Notes: generated by a model not told the origin, from the letters alone. A stretch of DNA of 64,000 bases from an uncultured Pseudanabaenaceae cyanobacterium (GCA_937927915.1 CALGKB010000011.1:76632-140631), one strand, 5' to 3'; positions 9,556-19,181 are shown, counted from the stretch's first letter. A program made the numbers and translations.

Positions 9556-10272
9556 ATGTCTACTGTAATTGATCTATTTCATGCTTTGCCAGAGGTATTG
9601 CGCCTCGATGTATTGCCGATCGTGGTTGTCCTAGTGATGCTAGAGGCGATTTTGTCGGCGGATAATGCGGTGGCGCTGGCTTCTATTGTCCGCAGTCTGC
9701 CTGATCCGGAACAGGAGAAGTGGGCATTGCGTTATGGCTTGGTGGGAGCCTTTGTGCTGCGGGTGGTATTGATTTTGACGGCAACTTGGGTAATCAACTA
9801 TTGGCAGTTTGAGTTGGCAGGGGCGGTCTATTTGTTGTGGTTGGCGGGGAAGTTTTTTATCGCCAGTGCCAAGGAGGAGGATGAAGAGAAATTTATCCCT
9901 ATGGCTAGCAGTTTTTGGGAAGTGATTTTGTTAGTTTCTTTGACGGATTTAGCTTTTTCTTTGGACAGTGTAACGGCGGCGGTGGCGGTGGCAGAAGAGA
10001 CCTGGCTGGTGCTCTTGGGGGGTGTCATGGGTATTGTGGCGCTGCGGTTTTTGGCAGATTTATTTATTAAATGGCTAGATATTTTTACTAACTTGGAAGC
10101 GGCGGGTTATTTAATTGTGGCTTTGGTAGGTATGCGATTGCTCCTGAAGGTGATTGCCCCTGCCTATGTGCCCCCCGAATGGTTGATGTTGCTCTTGATT
10201 GGCTTATTTTTTGTCTGGGGTTTTTCAAAGCGGAAAACCCACCAAGAAGAAAGTTTAACGAAAGGGGAATGA
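9556..10272 (+). CDS. TerC-family integral membrane protein
   Basis: 238 aa, multi-TM. LEAILSADNAVALA and DLAFSLDSV are signatures of the TerC family. Confidence 0.8.
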   Translation: MSTVIDLFHALPEVLRLDVLPIVVVLVMLEAILSADNAVALASIVRSLPDPEQEKWALRYGLVGAFVLRVVLILTATWVINYWQFELAGAVYLLWLAGKFFIASAKEEDEEKFIPMASSFWEVILLVSLTDLAFSLDSVTAAVAVAEETWLVLLGGVMGIVALRFLADLFIKWLDIFTNLEAAGYLIVALVGMRLLLKVIAPAYVPPEWLMLLLIGLFFVWGFSKRKTHQEESLTKGE

Positions 10273-11088
10273 TTGGCTCAGGGGTTTGACTTTGGCGAGT
10301 TCTGCTACCATTTGGGGATGGAGATGGGGGTTGGCGGCTAAAATGCGCCCGGAGTAGAGGTCGTAGTCGGAACCATCGTAGGCGGTCACTATGCCCCCCG
10401 CACTGCGCACAAGTGCAACTCCCGCTGCCATGTCCCAGGGGGATAAACCCCGCTCCCAGTAACCATCTAGTCTGCCGGCGGCTATATACGCCAAATCGAG
10501 GGCGGCTGACCCTCCCCGCCGAACGCCGTGACTGATGTGGGTAAAGTGGCAAAATTCGGCGTAATTGTTGTCCATCGTCCTCGTCCGATCGTAGGCAAAT
10601 CCTGTCACCAAAAGACTACGCTGTAGTTCGCGGCAATCGGAAACCTGGATGGGGAAACGCTCTCCCTGGTGTTCCACAAATGCCCCTAAGCCTATCCCCC
10701 CCCCAAATAATTCGTCCCGGCAGGGATCATAGATGGCTCCGATCGTGGGTACACCTGCCACTAACACGCCGATGGACACAGAAGACATGGGGTACTGATG
10801 GGCAAAGTTGGTGGTGCCGTCTAGGGGGTCAATCACCCAGAGAATGCCGCTGTCTTTGTTACCCTGAACGCCGGACTCCTCTGCCAAAATGCCGTGCTGG
10901 GGGAAGTAACGGTTGATCACCTCTAGGATAGCCCTCTCCGACTCCCGATCGGCAATGGTCACCAAATCTCCTGGAGCTTTCTCTTCAATGCGCCTGAGCT
11001 TGCCCCAATATTTTTTCAGCACTTGTCCCCCCGCCCTAGCAGCGAGGGTAGCTATATCTAGCAGTATTTGTGGGTCCCTGTCATTCAT
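10255..11088 (-). CDS. suhB: inositol monophosphatase family protein (SuhB-like)
   Basis: 277 aa. EESG, WVIDPLDGTTNF and AALDLAYIAAGRLDGYWE motifs of the IMPase/FBPase fold. Confidence 0.85.
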   Translation of the reverse strand: MNDRDPQILLDIATLAARAGGQVLKKYWGKLRRIEEKAPGDLVTIADRESERAILEVINRYFPQHGILAEESGVQGNKDSGILWVIDPLDGTTNFAHQYPMSSVSIGVLVAGVPTIGAIYDPCRDELFGGGIGLGAFVEHQGERFPIQVSDCRELQRSLLVTGFAYDRTRTMDNNYAEFCHFTHISHGVRRGGSAALDLAYIAAGRLDGYWERGLSPWDMAAGVALVRSAGGIVTAYDGSDYDLYSGRILAANPHLHPQMVAELAKVKPLSQSFPFR

Positions 11089-11713
11089 AGATTTTGTTCA
11101 TCAACTCCTGCCGCTCGATCGCTATACTGACTAGACTGGCTAGACCCCGCAACAATTCTACGTCCCAATCTGTAAAGGGCGCTACTACCTCTGCTATGTT
11201 TTCAGGCTGGAGGACTATCTCTGGTTTGGTTTTGCGATTGATGAGTTGGATCACAGCTTTTACTTCCCCCTCGGCATTGATTATGGGGAGGGTCAGGATA
11301 GAACGGGAGGTGTAGTTAATGTCTATCTCGATCGTTTTTTTGTGGCGATAGGGGACATCGGGGGGCAGTTCCTGCACATTAGGGATATTGAGAGTTTCTC
11401 CTGTAATAGCAACATAACCCACTAAGCTAGAACAATCGAGGGGGACAGCAAAGTGTTCTAGGGACTTTTCCGGGTAAGAGCTATTTTGGGAGACAGCAAA
11501 AAAGATGTAGGGAATGGCATCTTCCCGATCGATGAGGTAAATACTACCCGCATCACTTTGGGTAAGAAGTCTTGCCTTGCGCAGCACCAGGCTGAGAAAC
11601 GTGCGTAGCTCATAGCGTTGGGAGACGACTTTGAGGAGCATCAACAGGGTGTGTAGGGACTGTTCCAGGCGAGCTACTTCTTCCGTCATAGATTTAGGGT
11701 GTGCTTGCTCCAT
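11081..11713 (-). CDS. stand-alone GAF-domain protein
   Basis: 210 aa. N-terminal helix, then a GAF-like core (GSIYLIDRED...GYVAITGETLNIPNV...SILTLPI). Its stop overlaps the suhB start by 8 nt. Confidence 0.6.
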   Translation of the reverse strand: MEQAHPKSMTEEVARLEQSLHTLLMLLKVVSQRYELRTFLSLVLRKARLLTQSDAGSIYLIDREDAIPYIFFAVSQNSSYPEKSLEHFAVPLDCSSLVGYVAITGETLNIPNVQELPPDVPYRHKKTIEIDINYTSRSILTLPIINAEGEVKAVIQLINRKTKPEIVLQPENIAEVVAPFTDWDVELLRGLASLVSIAIERQELMNKIYE

Positions 11714-11737
11714 AGTACACTGCCTGGAGCACCTTGC

Positions 11738-13156
11738 CTATTCTTCCAGTTGGGCGGGCACCTCTACGGGAGATGACTCCTCTAATTTTTGATAGCGAGC
11801 TTTGAGGGATTGAAACCTCCCCACCTTTGGCTCCTCCGATGTCTGGACTGGTGTAGCCTCTTGCGTTTGTACCTCCGCTGCTGGGGTAGGCTGCTCCCCA
11901 GGGGATGATTCTGCCGCTGTTGGCGGGGGTAGGGCTTGGGCTTCCTCTACTGTTTCCGACTCTGTTGGTTGGGGCTGCGCCTGTACCGGCTCTGTGACAG
12001 GGGGTGTTGCCTCTGGAATCGGAGGAGTAGTTTCTACCTTCACCTTAGCCTTTTTGCGGAAGAGCTGGAAGCGGGGCTGGGGGGCAGGGGAAGTTACTTC
12101 TGCTGGTTGCTCCGTCTCTGGCTGGGGAACAACAGGGGTAGGCTCTGTCACCTCAGGCACCTCGGTCTCTGGCTGGGAAATAACAGGGGATGCAGTCTCT
12201 GGCGTGGGCGGAATAGGCGTAGGAGGAGGACTGGGGGGTGGCGTTACTACAGGTGTGGTTTCCGGGGGGGATGCATAGCTAGGGTCCACAATCTGTTCAA
12301 CATCAGGGGGAGTTTGTCCTTGCAGGAGGAGGGAGAGGGGGTCCCGTTGCTTGGGGTCGTAGGTGACAATCTGGGCAATGGAGTTCGAAAGGTTAGGGAG
12401 CGGATTGCCCACCGCGTCTAAAAATTCCAACTTGATCCAATTTCTGCCCGGCTTCAGACCCTTGAGGTAAAGGGGGTGCCAATCCTCGATCGTGAAACTA
12501 TCGCCATTAACCGTTGCCCGCACTTGCCAACTGGGGGGGTCTTTACTGTCCAAGAGGGAGGCAGGGACAGGGGCATTGTGGAGATAAAAATCCAGGAGGA
12601 CAGTATCGCTGCCCACAGTGCCAACGGGGCTATGGTAAGTCAAAACAGGGGTATCGGGGCGGGGGACATTTTCCCCTGTGCGGGTAAGGACATGGAAGGT
12701 AGTCTGGGCGTAGGCACCCTCATTCTTGAAACTCTCATCCCAGGGGCGGGAGGCAAAGACACGCACTGTGTGGGTACCAGGGGTGACATTCTCAAATACA
12801 GCGGGGGTGCTGGGGTCAAAAATTTGGCGTGTTTCCCGCTCATCTAGCACTACATCTATGTGGGGACCCAAACCTATAGCACTCTGGAAGATAGGCAAGT
12901 CCTTCACTTCTACGCTGACTTTAACAGTGGTATCGGGTAGAACTTCATCGCTGCGGGGACTGCTAATGGTCACCTGGGGCATGTAGCGATCGAGGGTACG
13001 ACTCAGGCGCTGGATGGTATCGGGGGGAGAGACTTCACTGATGCTCAAAGGATTGACCCGACTGGATTTCGCCACCTTACTCCCGCAGGCAGAAAGAGTG
13101 ACTGCCAACACCACCATCACCAGGACAACAAAGACCCGCTGCAATTTATCCCACAT
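11738..13156 (-). CDS. lipoprotein with a beta-rich N-terminal region and a long Pro/Glu/Thr-rich tail
   Basis: 472 aa. Lipobox LSAC|G after a hydrophobic signal. About 190 C-terminal residues are P/E/T-rich with repeated PETE-type units. I do not recognise a family. Confidence 0.6.
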   Translation of the reverse strand: MWDKLQRVFVVLVMVVLAVTLSACGSKVAKSSRVNPLSISEVSPPDTIQRLSRTLDRYMPQVTISSPRSDEVLPDTTVKVSVEVKDLPIFQSAIGLGPHIDVVLDERETRQIFDPSTPAVFENVTPGTHTVRVFASRPWDESFKNEGAYAQTTFHVLTRTGENVPRPDTPVLTYHSPVGTVGSDTVLLDFYLHNAPVPASLLDSKDPPSWQVRATVNGDSFTIEDWHPLYLKGLKPGRNWIKLEFLDAVGNPLPNLSNSIAQIVTYDPKQRDPLSLLLQGQTPPDVEQIVDPSYASPPETTPVVTPPPSPPPTPIPPTPETASPVISQPETEVPEVTEPTPVVPQPETEQPAEVTSPAPQPRFQLFRKKAKVKVETTPPIPEATPPVTEPVQAQPQPTESETVEEAQALPPPTAAESSPGEQPTPAAEVQTQEATPVQTSEEPKVGRFQSLKARYQKLEESSPVEVPAQLEE

Positions 13157-13197
13157 AGCACTAGATTTTTCTTACCACTAAGGCAATATAGCCGAAA

Positions 13198-14016
13198 ATG
13201 TACAATATGCAAAAAGACATATCGGTAAAGTTAACAATGCTAGAAGTTCGTGGTTTACCTGCTCCTCTGCAGAAAGCGTTTTTGCAGCGGCGTGCCCTCA
13301 AGATCATCGCGGGGCTAAATAACTTTGATGCCGTGTCCGTCAAACAGGTTGTGCAAGCGGCTCACCAGGGGGGGGCAACCTTTGTTGATATTGCTGCCGA
13401 TCGGGGTTTAGTACAAGTGGCCAAGGAACACACTGACCTCCCCATCTGTGTTTCGGCAGTGGAAGTGCACCAACTGGTAGAGGGAGTAAAGGCAGGGGCA
13501 GACCTGGTGGAAATCGGCAACTATGACTGTTTTTATCGCTCGGGCAGAAAATTTAGCGCTGAAGAAGTCCTCCACTTGACCCGATCGGTGCGTGCCCAAC
13601 TTCCTACTATTCCTCTGTCTGTCACCGTACCCCATACTCTGCCCTTGAGTGAACAGGTCAGATTGGCAGAAGAACTAGTCCGCTGGGGGGCAAATATCAT
13701 TCAAACCGAGGGGGGCAAGAGTGCCAATCCCACCCAGAGCGGTACCTTGGGCATGATGGAAAAGGCTGTTCCCACCCTAGCAGCTGCCTACGAAATTAGT
13801 CGGGCGGTAAATGTACCTGTCCTCTGTGCCTCGGGGATCACCAATGTTACTGCACCTTTGGCAATTGCCGCCGGCGCGGCGGGAGTAGGGGTAGGCTCAG
13901 CAGTCCGTCAGCTCAAGGATGTGGTAGCCATGGTGGCAGCGGTGCGTGCCCTCAAGGAAGCCCTAGAAAAAGATCACCCTGGAGTCAAAGCCCCGACTGC
14001 GGATGTCGCGATTTAA
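13198..14016 (+). CDS. ycf23: Ycf23-family protein (DUF561)
   Basis: 272 aa. ALKIIAGLNNFD is the hallmark Ycf23 block, with a TIM-barrel-like G-rich C-terminus. The start codon is uncertain (ATG at 13198, 13207 or 13237). Confidence 0.75.
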   Translation: MYNMQKDISVKLTMLEVRGLPAPLQKAFLQRRALKIIAGLNNFDAVSVKQVVQAAHQGGATFVDIAADRGLVQVAKEHTDLPICVSAVEVHQLVEGVKAGADLVEIGNYDCFYRSGRKFSAEEVLHLTRSVRAQLPTIPLSVTVPHTLPLSEQVRLAEELVRWGANIIQTEGGKSANPTQSGTLGMMEKAVPTLAAAYEISRAVNVPVLCASGITNVTAPLAIAAGAAGVGVGSAVRQLKDVVAMVAAVRALKEALEKDHPGVKAPTADVAI

Positions 14017-14742
14017 TTCCTCCGCACTACCCCGATCGGGGTAGCCCTTAATTTCAATGTAAGCCCCCCGTTCGGAAGCCGCCAGTCTGGCAGTGGGTAC
14101 AATCTGTTTTACCCTCGCCAACACATCCTCCGATATGGTGGGAATAATCACAAAGTAACGGTTGCGCTGGGCAAAGGCCTGCAGTTCCTGCCCCACCGAG
14201 CTGGGGGTGCTAGGTAGGGGGAGAGGAGGAGGGGCAGCTACATTGACATTGTTGACATTGCCATTGCCAGAGGGACGAGTAATTTCGATCGCGCCGGGGG
14301 GAGGAGCAGGCATCGGCTCCATACTGCCAGGCACATTCGGCAGAGGTAGAGGCTCAGGATTAGGGACAGGCTGCCCCGGGATCGTAGAGACGACGGTAGT
14401 AGGAGGAGGGTTAAAGCCATCGGGGGCAGGCAAGGGGGAGGTAGCCATAGGCGCTCTGCCAGTTACACGGGCAATTTCTACGGGCAAGCCCAGGGCACGC
14501 AGCTCATCCGATCGCTTTTGTGCCAAGTTCAAATTAGTGTAGCGCCCTAGTTGCAGCACCCGCCTGCCGGAGTCTAGACTGCCAGTAAAGGCATCGGGGG
14601 CAATTGTCTTAGCCTGTTGAATGACAAAGGGGTCATCACTGTTGAGGTAGACCAAATACTGACTGTCCATGACTTGGGCATAGGCACACAACTGCGCTGT
14701 CAGGAGCGCCCAACCGCCGATGTAGATACCCTTCATACGCAT
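13963..14742 (-). CDS. secreted protein with two SPOR-like repeats separated by a Pro-rich linker
   Basis: 259 aa. Signal-like N-terminus; two roughly 70-aa modules ending LGRYTNLNLAQKRSDELRALG and IEIKGYPDRGSAEELNRDIRSRG resemble SPOR repeats. The 3' end overlaps ycf23 by 54 nt. Confidence 0.4.
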   Translation of the reverse strand: MRMKGIYIGGWALLTAQLCAYAQVMDSQYLVYLNSDDPFVIQQAKTIAPDAFTGSLDSGRRVLQLGRYTNLNLAQKRSDELRALGLPVEIARVTGRAPMATSPLPAPDGFNPPPTTVVSTIPGQPVPNPEPLPLPNVPGSMEPMPAPPPGAIEITRPSGNGNVNNVNVAAPPPLPLPSTPSSVGQELQAFAQRNRYFVIIPTISEDVLARVKQIVPTARLAASERGAYIEIKGYPDRGSAEELNRDIRSRGFDSRVIFF

Positions 14743-14774
14743 CTTTTTCGCCTCTGGGGTTAGCTTACCACAGG

Positions 14775-14793
14775 TGTCTTAATTTGTCTTAAT
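14775..14793. repeat. tandem direct repeat TGTCTTAAT-T-TGTCTTAAT
   Basis: Two exact 9-mers with 10-nt periodicity, in the 120-nt divergent promoter region between 14742(-) and 14863(+). Confidence 0.8.
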
Positions 14794-14862
14794 CGGTCAG
14801 AAGTTAGCTATTTAGGCACCCCCAGAGACTAAACTAAAAGAACAATTGTTCCCCTAGGCAAG

Positions 14863-15768
14863 ATGATCAGCTATCTCATCACGGTCTTCGTTCAGGCAGC
14901 CATCTACGCTCTCTTTAGTTTAGGCTTAAATCTGCAGTGGGGCATCGGTGGTTTAGTCAACTTTGGTCATGTGGCGTTTATCACGATCGGGGCTTACGCT
15001 GTAGCGCTCTTGACCCGTACAGGGGGCTTACCCTGGGCAGTGGCAGTGCTGGTGGGGGTAGGGCTAGGGATTCTGTTGGCATTGCTAGTGGGTCTTACTA
15101 CCCTGCGCCTGCGGGAGGACTATCTAGCCATAGTCACCATCGGTATTGCCGAAATTGTGCGCCTGATTACCAACAATGAGGAGTGGCTGACCCAGGGTAC
15201 TAGGGGGGTATTTGGCTATCAGATTCCCTTTTTAGGCTTTGTTTCCCCCGAGAAGTATAACTTTTTGTTTGCCCTAGGTTTAGTCATAACGATCGGGTTT
15301 ATTGTGTGGCAGTTGGAGTGGTTGATCCGATCCCCCTGGGGGAGAGTCCTCAAGGCAATTCGGGAAGATGAAATGGTCGCCACTGCCCTGGGGAAAAATG
15401 TATTTGTCTACAAGCTGCAAGCCTTTATCTTTGGCGGTGCTATTGCTGCTGTAGCGGGAGCGTTTCTTGCCTGGTATTTGAAAGCGATCTATCCTACTAC
15501 CTTCACTGCCCTGATGACCTTTGAGGCTTGGACGATCGTAGCGATCGGGGGGGCAGGCAACAACCTGGGAGTACTGGTGGGGGCACTTTTCTACCAGTTT
15601 TATACCACCATCCCTCGCTTTTTACCTACAGCAGTGAAGCAGGCGCTAGGGGGGGGAAGAATTGAGGCAATTCAAGTGATTTTAATCGGTCTGACTTTGA
15701 TGGCAATAATGGTTTGGCGACCGCAAGGCTTACTGGGGAAAAAAGCTGAACTATCCCTAAGACGCTAG
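14863..15768 (+). CDS. branched-chain/neutral amino-acid ABC transporter permease (LivM/NatC-like)
   Basis: 301 aa polytopic protein. LNLQWGIGGLVNFGHVAF and REDEMVATALG are typical LivM-family blocks. No ATPase or binding-protein partner lies adjacent. Confidence 0.75.
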   Translation: MISYLITVFVQAAIYALFSLGLNLQWGIGGLVNFGHVAFITIGAYAVALLTRTGGLPWAVAVLVGVGLGILLALLVGLTTLRLREDYLAIVTIGIAEIVRLITNNEEWLTQGTRGVFGYQIPFLGFVSPEKYNFLFALGLVITIGFIVWQLEWLIRSPWGRVLKAIREDEMVATALGKNVFVYKLQAFIFGGAIAAVAGAFLAWYLKAIYPTTFTALMTFEAWTIVAIGGAGNNLGVLVGALFYQFYTTIPRFLPTAVKQALGGGRIEAIQVILIGLTLMAIMVWRPQGLLGKKAELSLRR

Positions 15769-16078
15769 TTGGAAATATCAATCTCCACCCCCTGCCGTCG
15801 GTGAATCGGCTAGTCAAGACAATAACTGACACTGATCACTATTTAGTCAGCACATTACCCCTCACATTCAAGCAAGATTCTTGATATTTTGTATCTTTAA
15901 TCACTCTAACTCCTTCTTTCCTGGGGCAAGTAACAAAATTGAGGGCAGTTATAGACAATCAATACGACTATAGCTAGACTAGAGCCAAGGCACGAGGTGT
16001 AAATTTTCGCGGAAGCGTGTCTAGCTGTCTGCTATAGGAGCAGGTAGAATATCAAAGTGCGTTACTCTTGAGGAGTGA

Positions 16079-17752
16079 ATGATGGCAAAAAACTTGACAT
16101 TGGTAGGTGGTTTGGCTGGCACAGCATTTCTGCTGTCAATGGGGGCACAAGCCCAAATGGTGGGCACACCAGCAAGTCAGATTTTAGAGCGGGTCAATGA
16201 ATTGCAAGGGGTCACCCCCAGCACAGAAGAAGTGGCACAGGTCACCTCAGTTTCAGAGTTATCGGACGTCAAGCCTACGGATTGGGCATTTTCCGCTCTC
16301 CAGTCCCTGGTGGAACGCTATGGCTGTATTGAAGGCTACCCCGATCGTACCTACAGAGGGCAGCGGGCACTGAGTCGGTTTGAGTTTGCGGCAGGCTTGA
16401 ACGCTTGTTTGGACAAAGTAAATGAGCTGATCTCGGCGGGCTTAGCAGACAAAGTCAGCAAGGACGACTTAGCCAGTTTGCAGCGGTTACAGGAAGAATT
16501 TGCCGCCGAATTGGCAGCGGTCAAGGGGCGGTTAGACACCCTGGAGGGCAAGGTGAAGAAACTGGAGGGGCAGCAGGTTTCCACCACAACCAAGCTATCA
16601 GGGGAAGTTATTTTCGGGATTGCTGGGGCAGGTACCAGCAGTGGCTTTGGTCCTAGCTTGATTGCAGGCAATGGCAAGACAGGTACGCCCTTTACAGACG
16701 AATCTACCAATGTTATTGCCAGTGGCAAGGCACTCCTCAACTTCAACACCAGTTTTACGGGCAAAGACTTGTTGGTAACCAGACTGGAGAGTGGCATTGG
16801 TGGTAGCTCCGTGCAGTCCGGTTTGGCGGTCAACCCCGCTGGGAACCTGGGCTTCTTAGGCTTTGGCACCTTTGGGCAGGACTTTGCGGGTTTAAGCAAT
16901 ACCTTCGCCATCGGTAAGCTGACCTATGATTTCCCCCTGTCAAAGGACTTCAAAGTGACCCTGGGGGCAGTTATGACTCCCTACGATTATATTGATTTTA
17001 ATAGCTTTGCCAACGTCAGCTCCAGTGATTTTTCCAGCACTTTCTTTATCAACAGCCCCTTTGCTATTTTAGTAGGCAGTGGTTCTGGGGCAGTGTTGCA
17101 GTGGAATCCCGGCGGCGGTGATGTCACGATTAAAGCCCTCTACATCGCTCAGAATGCCAATGCTCCCACGGCGGGTCTGAATAATGCAGGCATTCGCACC
17201 AATCGCGGTCTGACGGGGGACCCCTATCAAGGTAGCCTTGAACTGGAGTTTGCTCCCAAGGACAAAGACGGCAACATCAAAAATTTTGCCCTTCGCTTGC
17301 TCTACAACAATGCTTCCGTGAGCAATGCCACCATTAACACAGGGGTAGTCAACTTTGAGTATGCCTTCTCCAAGAAGGTTGCTATCTTTGGGCGCTACGC
17401 CTTTGGCACGATCGATACGCGGTCACAGCAGATTGCCGCTAGTCAGTTCCTATCCAACTTTGTCAACAAGGACGCTGCCGGCAATAGTATTTCTCCCCAA
17501 ACCTGGATGGCAGGCTTTGCCTTCCCGGAACTCTTCCGCCGCAATGATCTACTGGGTATTGCTGTGGGGCAGCCCTTCATCGATAGCAAGGTGGGTAACA
17601 CAACCCAGACTAACCTAGAAGTGTTCTATCGCTTCCCCGTGTCTGACAATATCACGATTACCCCCGACCTGCAGGTGATCTTCAATCCCAACAACAACAG
17701 CGAAAACAGCACCATCACGATCGGGTCTCTGCGCACTACTTTCACCTTCTAG
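16079..17752 (+). CDS. outer-membrane porin, SLH domain plus OprB-type beta-barrel
   Basis: 557 aa. Signal peptide (..GAQAQ); SLH motif (DVKPTDWAFSALQSLVERYGCIEGYPDRTYRG); coiled-coil linker; Gly/aromatic-rich barrel ending ..TFTF. Confidence 0.85.
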   Translation: MMAKNLTLVGGLAGTAFLLSMGAQAQMVGTPASQILERVNELQGVTPSTEEVAQVTSVSELSDVKPTDWAFSALQSLVERYGCIEGYPDRTYRGQRALSRFEFAAGLNACLDKVNELISAGLADKVSKDDLASLQRLQEEFAAELAAVKGRLDTLEGKVKKLEGQQVSTTTKLSGEVIFGIAGAGTSSGFGPSLIAGNGKTGTPFTDESTNVIASGKALLNFNTSFTGKDLLVTRLESGIGGSSVQSGLAVNPAGNLGFLGFGTFGQDFAGLSNTFAIGKLTYDFPLSKDFKVTLGAVMTPYDYIDFNSFANVSSSDFSSTFFINSPFAILVGSGSGAVLQWNPGGGDVTIKALYIAQNANAPTAGLNNAGIRTNRGLTGDPYQGSLELEFAPKDKDGNIKNFALRLLYNNASVSNATINTGVVNFEYAFSKKVAIFGRYAFGTIDTRSQQIAASQFLSNFVNKDAAGNSISPQTWMAGFAFPELFRRNDLLGIAVGQPFIDSKVGNTTQTNLEVFYRFPVSDNITITPDLQVIFNPNNNSENSTITIGSLRTTFTF

Positions 17753-17781
17753 GCAAGAACACTCAGCTACAGTGAGGCGAA

Positions 17782-17809
17782 GGGGGCAGTAATGCTCCCT
17801 ATTTTTTTT
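17782..17809 (+). terminator. intrinsic terminator after the porin gene
   Basis: GGGGGCA-GTAA-TGCTCCC (7-bp stem including one G-U pair) followed by TATTTTTTTT. Confidence 0.75.
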
Positions 17810-17864
17810 GAGGGGTTTTCCTCGCTTTTAGGGCAAAATAGAGCACAAGTAGTGGCTAGGTTTT

Positions 17865-19181
17865 ATGAGTAACGTTACAGAGCAAGTCAAGAAGTATTTT
17901 GATGAGGGACCATACCCTGATATTCCCCTAGAAATGAAAGGTTGTAGGGACTTAAACGATTTGTATCGCTGGTCGTTAATCACACCCTTTTATCGCAAGT
18001 ATCAGAAGCTGATCAACACAGAGGGCATGAAAGTATTGGACGTAGGCTGTGGTTCTGGTTTCATTGCTCTCAGAATTGTAGAAGCAAATGCGGGGATTAG
18101 TCTGACAGGGGTTGATCTATCCCCCAAATCAGTGGAAGTAGCGCAAGCACGCTTTGAGCATCACGGCTATAAAGAGCACAAGTTTATGGTGATGTCAGCA
18201 GAGGATTTGCCGCAGTTAGGGGAGACATACGACTATATCAACTGTCACGAGACCTTGTACCTCCTACCTGATCCCCTCGCAGGACTAAAAGCTATGAAGG
18301 CGGTACTCAAACCAGGGGGAATCATCCGCGCCAATGTGCACAATCGTTATCAAAGGCGAGAGTATTTGCGGATGCAGGAGTTATTCCAATTCCTAGGAGT
18401 AACGGAGGATTGCTCTCTGAAAACTAGCATTGAATTAACCAGGAGCTTTATTGAATGTTTGAAACCCTTTACCTCTGTGCGGTCTTTTTGGGAAGCTAGC
18501 GATAAAAGTGATCAGTACATAACTGCAAATTTAATTTTGCAAGGAGATAAGGGCTTCACAGTACCAGAGACTTTTGCTCTCCTGGAACAGGCGGATTTGG
18601 AATTTATCAGTACCACGAATTGGCAATTCTGGAATTTATTTCAATTATTTGACGACTCCAAAAAACTGCCAGAAGAATTTGCTCTCATTTTAGAATCAGC
18701 AACGGAGCCGCAGATGTTACATCTGTATGAACTGATTCATCCCGCTAATCGCCTATTTGATTTCTGGTGCAGTCACAAAGATACACCAACTACTTATTCT
18801 TACCCGTCCCTCTTATCCCTGGAAGAATGGGCAACCAAAACAATCCAAGTGAACCCTGTTGTTCAAGACCTTAGATTTGCCCCGGAAATTAATCTGCGGG
18901 AGGCGCTGCAGATAGCAATTACTAAGTCCACACCTCTCCCTCTGAACCAATATTTCTCTGCCACAAGCCCAGAGTTAATCAGCATGAATGTCGACACCTG
19001 CGTCGTGCTCTACCAGCTGTGGGAAAAGCCTCTGCCTTTCCCTCAGGTAGTAGATATATGGCTGAAACTACGACCTCTCGATCCTCTAACTCTCCAGCCC
19101 CGTTCTCTAGAACAAGTTGCCCAAAGCCTGCTCCCTATCCTGGTGATGCTGGAAGACCGATCGCTAATCCTGGTAACTTAG
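17865..19181 (+). CDS. class I SAM-dependent methyltransferase with a ~250-aa uncharacterised C-terminal region
   Basis: 438 aa. Motif I VLDVGCGSGF and post-I/II blocks lie in the first ~180 aa. I do not recognise the remainder. Confidence 0.7.
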   Translation: MSNVTEQVKKYFDEGPYPDIPLEMKGCRDLNDLYRWSLITPFYRKYQKLINTEGMKVLDVGCGSGFIALRIVEANAGISLTGVDLSPKSVEVAQARFEHHGYKEHKFMVMSAEDLPQLGETYDYINCHETLYLLPDPLAGLKAMKAVLKPGGIIRANVHNRYQRREYLRMQELFQFLGVTEDCSLKTSIELTRSFIECLKPFTSVRSFWEASDKSDQYITANLILQGDKGFTVPETFALLEQADLEFISTTNWQFWNLFQLFDDSKKLPEEFALILESATEPQMLHLYELIHPANRLFDFWCSHKDTPTTYSYPSLLSLEEWATKTIQVNPVVQDLRFAPEINLREALQIAITKSTPLPLNQYFSATSPELISMNVDTCVVLYQLWEKPLPFPQVVDIWLKLRPLDPLTLQPRSLEQVAQSLLPILVMLEDRSLILVT

